From Thermoplasmata archaeon (GTDB lineage Archaea > Thermoplasmatota > Thermoplasmata > GCA-020350865): a stretch of DNA of 64,000 bases. The notes under the pieces are model-generated. The model was not told where the DNA came from. It did not search any database and saw nothing but the letters and a program-made list of their open reading frames with translations. A program made the position numbers and the translations under genes. The DNA lies in assembly GCA_020348445.1 (NCBI GenBank), contig CP070751.1, positions 5,049,187 to 5,113,186 of the forward strand. Direction: 5' to 3'. Of the stretch, positions 56,992 through 64,000 are shown one piece after another. How positions within the stretch are numbered: position 1 is the first letter of the stretch; every line of letters begins with the position of its first letter.

Positions 56992-59900
56992 TCAGCTGTC
57001 CACTCTCAAGGCCAATTTTTTCTTGGCCGAGGATTTTTTCTTAAAAAGTGTGCCGCACATGGGGCATTTTCCAATTCTCTCTCCGCAAGCCTCATGATAT
57101 GTGTTGCCGCAATTGCATTCTATTACCATGAATCCTGGTTTTATCTTGCCGTTGCAGGCATAGCATTTATAGCCTTTTTCCGCCTTGATTTTCTTGTATG
57201 GTGGTGCTTTTTCCGGCGATTTTCCCAGGGTGACTTCATGGGATAATTGAGCTTCACATACTTTGCCATCGAAGATTCTGGAAAATGTGGTGTTTAAATA
57301 GAAATTCAGATCGCCGGAGGCGACGGCCTTTATTTTTAGAGGAATCTCCAATTTATCCCTTGCTTTTAGAATTTTTATACCTTCAAGGCCCTGTATTTCG
57401 AAGTCCTCCCCCTTCTTGATAAATTGCACATCCTTTGCAACCGATTTGCCAGTGTTGGAAAGTACCAAAGTAATCTCATACCATTTATCCTTCTCCTCAA
57501 CATCACTTAAATCGATCTCAAGCGAGACATTCGGGCTGAAAGGTTCCAATTCGGTTTCCAAGGCTGTCTCTGCCTTTTTGAGGATCTCAAGGGCCAAATC
57601 GGGCTTGTTTTCGCTGAGCTCCTGTGCTTCCCTTAGTAATTTCTCAGCCGATTTCGTGTTCATTCCGCTTTTACTGATACGCATAAGTTTCCCTGCCAAC
57701 TCAGAAATCAAATCCTCCACATCTTTGTCGGGTTTTGGTATCTGTTTCTCTTCTTCCTCCAACTCCTTTTTCTTCTCCTCGATCTCTTCGGATAGGGGAG
57801 GCGCGGGAGGTTCCTCGGCGGCTATCTCAGAGGGTTCTTCCAATACCTCCTCGACAGCTGTCTCTTTGACCTTTGGAGCTCCTGGCTCTATTGTCTCCAT
57901 CTGGTCCATCAATTTTCGTATGTATTTAGCAGCATCGAGATATTCCTTGCTTTCAAGGTGGGATTCCCCGCTCTTTAATATCGCCATCACTTCGGTTAGG
58001 TCCATTCCCTTTTTCTTGGCCTTCGTCAATCTTGCCTTTGCGGAGGAAAGTTTTTCAAACAGGTTTTTAGTAATCTCTCTCTCAATGAGCCTCTTGCAGT
58101 TTTCCGTGAATACCGCCACCTGAGCGTATGACTCCTCCTCCAAGGCGGCCTTTGCCTCGTCTAACATGTTGTTGGCTCTCGTAACATTCACACCCAATTC
58201 CGAGGCGGTTTTTATAAGCTGCTCGCAATTCTCAATGGGTATTGAAAGATGTCCTACATAGGATCGCTTCGCCTCCCTGATGGTTTCTTTTGCGAACTTC
58301 ATAGAAGTTGTGAATTTCTTTTCCTCAAACGCCTTTTTGGCAACACCATAGAGCTCCCTAGCCTTTTTCACATCAACACCGACATCGTCACTCTCGTTCA
58401 CCCTTGCTAAAGCTGCATGAAGGGTCGTGGAGGCTCGTTCGTACTCCTCTGTGGTTTCCGAAAGCACTATTCCGCTTTCCAATGCAAACTCAAGGGCCTT
58501 CACATATTCAAGGTTCTTTAGGGCGGTGGCTGCCTTTATCAACAGCTTCCTCACATTGTCCGCTCCAATGCCCTTTTTCTCAGCCTCCTTCAATTTTGCA
58601 GCGGTAACGGCGATGATTTCAGCTGCCATCTTCTTTTGAAGATCTACCTTCTCAACCTCGCTTTCGCTCTGCATGGCGAGCCTCAATGCCTCATTGTAAT
58701 CTTCATCGGCAAGTGCGATTCTTGCCTCCTCCAGTAATTTCTCAGCTTTGGAAACATCCATTCCTTCGGATTTGGACTTGTTAATAATGGACTGAAACGA
58801 TGATATTGCCTCAGAAACCTTCAGCTCTTTAGCCTTTTTTGCCAGCCTTATGCATTTTTTACCCAATTCTATGGAAGCGAGATACTCGTTGTTCTTTAAC
58901 TCAGAAAATGCCTTTTCGAGCAATTTCCTTGCCTCGCTTACATCGGCCTTTAAACTCTCTGCCTCTTGGATATAATTACCTGCTAGATTGATGATATTCG
59001 CAGTTCTTTGGCTCTCGTCCCTGATCTCTTCGATCTCACCCAGGCTATGGGATGCGTATTTTGCCGCCTTTTCGTACCTATGCAGCTCCAAGGCCTCCTC
59101 GGCCTTTTGGTAAAGGACCTCTACAGTTAGAACATCCAGACCGATTTTCTTAGCCTCTATTATCATGGAGTATGCGTTTGATAACATATCTGAAATCTTT
59201 ACATTGCAAAGCTCCTCGGCCCTCTCGGCGGTTTTTTGAGCGGAGTTAAGGGCATTTTCGAATTGCTCGTTGTTCATATATATGACCGTCTTTTTGAGTT
59301 GGAGTTCTGCATCTGAAGTATCCATTTCAAGGTTTTTTGCGATTTCAATGCATTCCTTGCCAAATTCCATTTTTTCGTTAATGGAATGCACCAAGGTGAG
59401 CTGGGTTACCTCGTTTGTACACTCCTCTACCAGGTCAGAGACAGCTTTAAAACTACCTGCGGAAAGAGATTTTTCTGCCTCCACTAATTTCTTCATTGGG
59501 GACGACATATCTATGTCGTGTTTCGTAGCCTCCTCTATCTTGGATTTCAATGCAATTATCGTTGCTGTTAGCTCTTCATGTTCTCCAATAAATGAGAGTG
59601 TTTCCTCTTTACTCTTGGTCATGATATAATATGCTTCCCGGAAATTCCTCCTCGCTATAGCCTCATTTGCCCCTCTTAGCCTTTCATTCATCTCAGAAAC
59701 ATCCATTCCATATTCTTTTGCCCTGTTGATGTTTTCCAATATGCTCGAGGCTAAATCGGTAACTATGGTTTTCTGTTGGTCAATTACCATCTCTAAGATA
59801 TTATTGGATTGGGTCAAAGCTTCAGAGAATTTTTTTTCCTCGTATAGTGATTTCGCCTTACTCAGCATTTCTTCGACTTGTGGAATGTCACCTTTCATGT

Positions 59901-61713
59901 CTCTTAAAGACGCCATTGTGACTTCGGCCTTTTCAATTGAAGACTTTACATATTCATTGACAGCCTTCTTACATTCAATAACAAATCCATAGGCTTCATC
60001 GTAATTATCCTGATCCAACACTGCGCCAGCATTTGCTAGTAAATTCATACAATTGGTCTTTCCCTCTCCTTCTTCGAGAGAATTAACCACATATGTAAGA
60101 TCCACTATCTCCTTGGTGACACCTTTTTTTAATGCATCTCCTGCTTCTTCTTTGATTTTGTTGGCGAGTTCAATTGCCTTGTTGTAATCCTCAGCTTTTA
60201 GGGCAACATTTGCCTGATTCAGGTATTCCCTCACGTGCTTTACATTAGAATCCGTCTTTTCGCCCAATGATACTATTTCCTCAGATTTCTTGATTATATC
60301 AAATGTATGATCGTACATTCCCTGCTCTATTTTTTCCCTGCATTGGGATATGAGATTCATGGCTTTTTTATAGTCCTTGGAATCGAATGCTCCCTTTGCC
60401 TCCTTCATAAGATCTGTGATCCGTATGGTGTCCACTCCTATCTTCGCGGCTCTCGATATGGCCTGTGTTATGAGTTGCAGCTCTTCCTTCGCACCTTCAT
60501 AATTACTGATCAATTTATTTATTGTAGCTTCACCTTTTCTTGCATATTCCATTGCTTCGACGAATTTCTTCTCTTTTAAGGAACTTCTTGCCATGTCCAA
60601 ATATTTCACGGATTCCGAAAGGTTCGCGCCAATGTTTTTGGCGGTGATGAACTTCGGTCTGGAGAGAGAAATCGTTTTCAATACACATTGAAATTGAGCG
60701 TTCTCCACCTCTTCATATATCTGATTGGAATAATCATAAACTTCGTCAAAATTCTTCGATTTGAATGCATCCTTTGCTTTATTGAACAGAAGTTGGGCCT
60801 TTGTAACCTCAGCATTTATGGCCTTTCCCTCCCTGATGGTCTCTTCACACTGTCTTATGATCTTCGTGCTCGCCCTTCCCACGAGTTTATCTGCTTCACT
60901 TTGGCTCTTGTTAATCAGATTTATTGCCTGTTCAAAATCCTGGGAATCCAAGGCAGTTTGAGCGTTATCATAAAGCTCTTGGGCCTTCTTAACGTCCGCT
61001 TCCATTCTCCTTGCCAGTTCTATGGTTACCATGGCATTTTCTATGAGCTTTGATATTTCATCCTCTGCAAGCTTACCGGCCTGCTGCATTCCCTCGCTAA
61101 TGAATCTCCAGGCATGTTCATAATCGCTTTTATCTGTGTACTCCCTGGCTTTATTAAGATGTGTTTCCACCTCTGATGCGTCTTGTCCGATTTTCTTGAC
61201 CATGACGATAAGGGATTGAGCTTTTGTAAATGTTTTTGAAACCTGTTCATTAAGGAGTTTATCAACAACCTCCCATCCTTTTTCCGCATGTCCCAGAGCC
61301 TCTTCGTATTTTCCTTCTGTAACGGCTTCATTTGATTTTGCCAGTGGTTCATCCAGGTTTGGAGCTTCCACACCCATCTCCCTTGCCAATTTGATGAGGT
61401 TCTTTGTGGAATCAATTACCATTAAAACATGTTCTTTAAGGGCGTTTTCTGCTATTGACTTGCTCTCCTGAGCAAGTTCGGATGCTGACTTGAATTCCTT
61501 TTGCGCCAAAGCGCTGGTCGCTTCTGTTAGTTTTGCCTCGGCCTTAGCGACGTTGGCATCCATGTTTTTTGCGGCCTTAATCAGTTCCTCAGCCACTGCT
61601 ATCTCTTTTTCGGCCAACTTGCGGAACTTCGTGGCCTCTTGCGCTTTCTTCTCAAGTTGTTTTGTCAGTTGAAGCGCTTTTAGATAGTTGGATGCCAATA
61701 TTCGCGCCCCCAT
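56992..61713 (-). CDS. Giant alpha-helical repeat protein with a C-terminal Ig/CARDB-like domain and a C4HC3 zinc finger
   Basis: Repeats of GxDVxxAxxLLxxAxxAxxxxxYxxA; beta-rich ITLVLSNTGKSVAKDV domain; CYAC..CNC..H..C..CPMC. Confidence 0.82.
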   Translation of the reverse strand: MGARILASNYLKALQLTKQLEKKAQEATKFRKLAEKEIAVAEELIKAAKNMDANVAKAEAKLTEATSALAQKEFKSASELAQESKSIAENALKEHVLMVIDSTKNLIKLAREMGVEAPNLDEPLAKSNEAVTEGKYEEALGHAEKGWEVVDKLLNEQVSKTFTKAQSLIVMVKKIGQDASEVETHLNKAREYTDKSDYEHAWRFISEGMQQAGKLAEDEISKLIENAMVTIELARRMEADVKKAQELYDNAQTALDSQDFEQAINLINKSQSEADKLVGRASTKIIRQCEETIREGKAINAEVTKAQLLFNKAKDAFKSKNFDEVYDYSNQIYEEVENAQFQCVLKTISLSRPKFITAKNIGANLSESVKYLDMARSSLKEKKFVEAMEYARKGEATINKLISNYEGAKEELQLITQAISRAAKIGVDTIRITDLMKEAKGAFDSKDYKKAMNLISQCREKIEQGMYDHTFDIIKKSEEIVSLGEKTDSNVKHVREYLNQANVALKAEDYNKAIELANKIKEEAGDALKKGVTKEIVDLTYVVNSLEEGEGKTNCMNLLANAGAVLDQDNYDEAYGFVIECKKAVNEYVKSSIEKAEVTMASLRDMKGDIPQVEEMLSKAKSLYEEKKFSEALTQSNNILEMVIDQQKTIVTDLASSILENINRAKEYGMDVSEMNERLRGANEAIARRNFREAYYIMTKSKEETLSFIGEHEELTATIIALKSKIEEATKHDIDMSSPMKKLVEAEKSLSAGSFKAVSDLVEECTNEVTQLTLVHSINEKMEFGKECIEIAKNLEMDTSDAELQLKKTVIYMNNEQFENALNSAQKTAERAEELCNVKISDMLSNAYSMIIEAKKIGLDVLTVEVLYQKAEEALELHRYEKAAKYASHSLGEIEEIRDESQRTANIINLAGNYIQEAESLKADVSEARKLLEKAFSELKNNEYLASIELGKKCIRLAKKAKELKVSEAISSFQSIINKSKSEGMDVSKAEKLLEEARIALADEDYNEALRLAMQSESEVEKVDLQKKMAAEIIAVTAAKLKEAEKKGIGADNVRKLLIKAATALKNLEYVKALEFALESGIVLSETTEEYERASTTLHAALARVNESDDVGVDVKKARELYGVAKKAFEEKKFTTSMKFAKETIREAKRSYVGHLSIPIENCEQLIKTASELGVNVTRANNMLDEAKAALEEESYAQVAVFTENCKRLIEREITKNLFEKLSSAKARLTKAKKKGMDLTEVMAILKSGESHLESKEYLDAAKYIRKLMDQMETIEPGAPKVKETAVEEVLEEPSEIAAEEPPAPPLSEEIEEKKKELEEEEKQIPKPDKDVEDLISELAGKLMRISKSGMNTKSAEKLLREAQELSENKPDLALEILKKAETALETELEPFSPNVSLEIDLSDVEEKDKWYEITLVLSNTGKSVAKDVQFIKKGEDFEIQGLEGIKILKARDKLEIPLKIKAVASGDLNFYLNTTFSRIFDGKVCEAQLSHEVTLGKSPEKAPPYKKIKAEKGYKCYACNGKIKPGFMVIECNCGNTYHEACGERIGKCPMCGTLFKKKSSAKKKLALRVDS

Positions 61714-62025
61714 TTACCTATACGGGCTTTCCCTATATTACTCTATTTATTCATTGATATAAGGTTATTTTTATCTATATAAAGCATTTAGGCTCCTTAT
61801 TACACTCTTTGTTCAACATCGTTTTGTTTTTTCGGTTTTTTTCAACGAGCATTCAGCCCCTACCAGAATTCTCTGGCATCGAAGACAGCGAGATAACTGT
61901 CTCTCCAATACCCACCTTTTGCGTGTGTCATAATTTGTTTGGTTCTTCTACCATAATTAACATTATTTTAGTGGAATATAAATATTTTGGTTGGGAAAAA
62001 CCTCGATAAAACCCCGAAAAGCCCC

Positions 62026-62982
62026 TTAAAAACCACCTTTCAACCTCTCAATACAAATATTGAGCATCGCCTCGACATCACCTATTCCCGCAAGTCCTGC
62101 CGCCCCATCATGTCCACCTCCGTCACACCCATTTTCTTTTCCGATCTCATCCATCAGGTTACCGAGATGCAAACCTTCCTTAATAATGGCCGAAGTTGCC
62201 CTTGCGCTTATCCTGAATTCATTTTCCCTTTGTGAGCCGACAAATGCGCAATCGGCTCCCAATGAAAGCAATGTACCACATACACTGGATTCAAAAGATC
62301 CTACCTGGGATACTGCAACAATGTATCTACCCACCTTTGTATATCTCATTCTCTGTGCACCTTTTAATCTTGATATCCTTTTTGAGTAGTCTGTTTCGTG
62401 CTCCTCCTCAAATACAGAGAGGACATCATCCATACTGATTCCGCTTGCTTCCATTATCTTGGCAAATGTTGTTAATGTGCTTGCTTTCGCATAGCTGAAT
62501 TTCCCAGTATCTGTTAATATACCTGCAAGTAGAGCTAGTCCGATTTTTGAAGTTATCTTTTTTTCGGCGAGCTTTAGGATTTCGTAAACGATCTCTCCAC
62601 AGGATGCCACATTTTCATCGATATAACAGAGTTCGGTTTCCCAAGCATGGGTCTTGAGGTGATGGTCAATTACGATGAGATTACTTAGATTTTCTCCGTA
62701 CTCTCCCAATCTTTCAGGTGAGGGTGTATCAACCGCGATAATCGTGTTGAAAATCGATATATCCGGATGTTCAATAACCTCCACATCCAGGTTTTTTTGA
62801 AGGTTCTTGCCGTTCTTGCTCAAACCCCCTGCAGATCCGATGGTAATCTCAGGAAAAGCCAAGCTCAAAGCCACTGCGCAACCTAAGGCATCTGGGTCGG
62901 CATTCACATGCAAAAGGACGCATTTCTTTTCCTTGCTTGCTAGTTTCTTTATGATCTTCTCGAGAAGGGATTTTTGATCCAT
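62026..62982 (-). CDS. DHH-family phosphoesterase (DHHA1-containing)
   Basis: HVNADPDALG, VDT, IDHH, GILTDTG, GGGHDGAAG. Confidence 0.92.
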   Translation of the reverse strand: MDQKSLLEKIIKKLASKEKKCVLLHVNADPDALGCAVALSLAFPEITIGSAGGLSKNGKNLQKNLDVEVIEHPDISIFNTIIAVDTPSPERLGEYGENLSNLIVIDHHLKTHAWETELCYIDENVASCGEIVYEILKLAEKKITSKIGLALLAGILTDTGKFSYAKASTLTTFAKIMEASGISMDDVLSVFEEEHETDYSKRISRLKGAQRMRYTKVGRYIVAVSQVGSFESSVCGTLLSLGADCAFVGSQRENEFRISARATSAIIKEGLHLGNLMDEIGKENGCDGGGHDGAAGLAGIGDVEAMLNICIERLKGGF

Positions 62983-63059
62983 TTAAAATGGTACATACCT
63001 AGGTCTATTAAAAAGTGAGGTTTGCTATCGTATATCTATTCAACGGAGGATGAAGAAAC

Positions 63060-64000
63060 TCATAGTCGCTTCTTATGCCTTGTCTTCCTTGAAAATACTC
63101 TTGCAGATGGAATGCATATGGCACCTACAAATATCAAGGCTCCTGAGGCACAAAGTCCTCCTTCTTCCTCTTCTTCAGCAGGAGGTTCTCCAAAATAAGC
63201 GGTGTAAACAGGATCATGCTCGACCCTGTATCCTTGCCAGCCTGGGAAGGAGACGGCATACCACAATCTTGCAGTGTGTGCGTAATTGAGCCACCATTTC
63301 CCTCTGAGGTCCTTGGGACTGGAGTACTCGTCTTGAATGTTCTCACTCAAGGCATATGAGAGAAGAGAAAAAAGCCCGGCTGAAAAACCCAGTTGCCAAC
63401 CAACAAGTATCAAGTCACCCAATTTGGCCTGTAGAAGGATATTGTAGGCATCCTGGTCATCGCGGATATTCGTGTAAGGTGTTGTACTTTCATCTTTTAG
63501 GTCAAAGGTGCCCCTATATCCGATTTCAAATGCTCTATCATTCTCATCCCCCACCTGGATACTGATATTTTCAGCAGCAATTGGATCCATCCCTGTTTGG
63601 ATTTCATGACCTGTTTTGTTGGTAAACTCATACCAAGAAGCAAATACAGATACATAATGAACTGCACTGATTCCCCAATCCTCATTTAAAATTTCTCGGG
63701 GTTCATAATCTTTGCCAAATATTTTGATCAACTCCACCTGGCCAATGGTATAATATGTTTCAGTTTTAACTTCACCTGTATCTTCGTCGATCGTTACATC
63801 GTACATCACCGAAAATTCACTGAATCTGGCATGCAATAACGGTAGGGCAAAGGATGCCCAGAATGCAAAGTGATTGCTGTGGTTGGCCACGATAATCTTT
63901 GCAAACAAATTTGTGTACGTTATGCCAAACCTATAATGGCCTTCATCTACCTTTTCCACCTCATGCACGATGGTGTTTGGGGAATAACTTCCATTTGCAT
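63060..64000 (-). CDS. Membrane-anchored hypothetical protein, C-terminal part (start lies beyond the window end)
   Basis: The frame stays open from 63968 to the window edge (...ANGSYSPNTIVHEVEK); C-terminal acidic linker, hydrophobic segment and basic tail. Confidence 0.7.
   Translation of the reverse strand, partial: ANGSYSPNTIVHEVEKVDEGHYRFGITYTNLFAKIIVANHSNHFAFWASFALPLLHARFSEFSVMYDVTIDEDTGEVKTETYYTIGQVELIKIFGKDYEPREILNEDWGISAVHYVSVFASWYEFTNKTGHEIQTGMDPIAAENISIQVGDENDRAFEIGYRGTFDLKDESTTPYTNIRDDQDAYNILLQAKLGDLILVGWQLGFSAGLFSLLSYALSENIQDEYSSPKDLRGKWWLNYAHTARLWYAVSFPGWQGYRVEHDPVYTAYFGEPPAEEEEEGGLCASGALIFVGAICIPSARVFSRKTRHKKRL

Noticed and set aside
61809-62235. Short plus-strand ORFs between the helical-repeat and DHH genes
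   Set aside because: No SD and no recognisable motif; the second overlaps the DHH gene antisense.

Overview
Archaeal chromosomal window, most likely a Thermoplasmata (Thermoplasmatota) genome. This is inferred from GGAGGTGA-type SD sites, TATA promoters, BHB-type tRNA introns, HdrA, RqcH, a PEF-CTERM protein and zinc-ribbon-tailed membrane proteins. It holds about 40 CDS and four tRNA genes; no integrase, transposase or CRISPR array was seen. Housekeeping and metabolic genes include an SDR, Lrp, an AtuA pair, rqcH, sfsA, a Dph6-like protein, an ABC-ATPase, an MBL hydrolase, hdrA with a fused mvhD-like domain, a glyA-gcvT-gcvT fusion, a queH-like gene, an SsuABC-type ABC transporter and a DHH phosphoesterase. 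Several very large surface proteins are also present. Main highlights: (1) A 24.3-39.6 kb locus with three Rab/Ras-like small GTPases carrying an extra helical domain. Two translationally coupled STAND-ATPase/TPR proteins there have a longin-fold-like domain inserted between Walker A and Walker B. The locus also has an RHH regulator with a 20-bp palindrome at four promoters, and a duplication junction that appears to have created a stand-alone GTPase-tail gene under purifying selection. (2) All four tRNAs contain introns, three at non-canonical positions (59/60, 20/21, 21/22). (3) Every tRNA is followed by hairpin-rich repeat units that re-copy its 3' end at about 94-116 bp spacing. (4) Smaller oddities: a circularly permuted ABC binding protein, a Cys-less MvhD domain and a C4HC3 RING-like finger on a giant helical-repeat protein. 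All assignments were made by eye from motifs; no searches were run.
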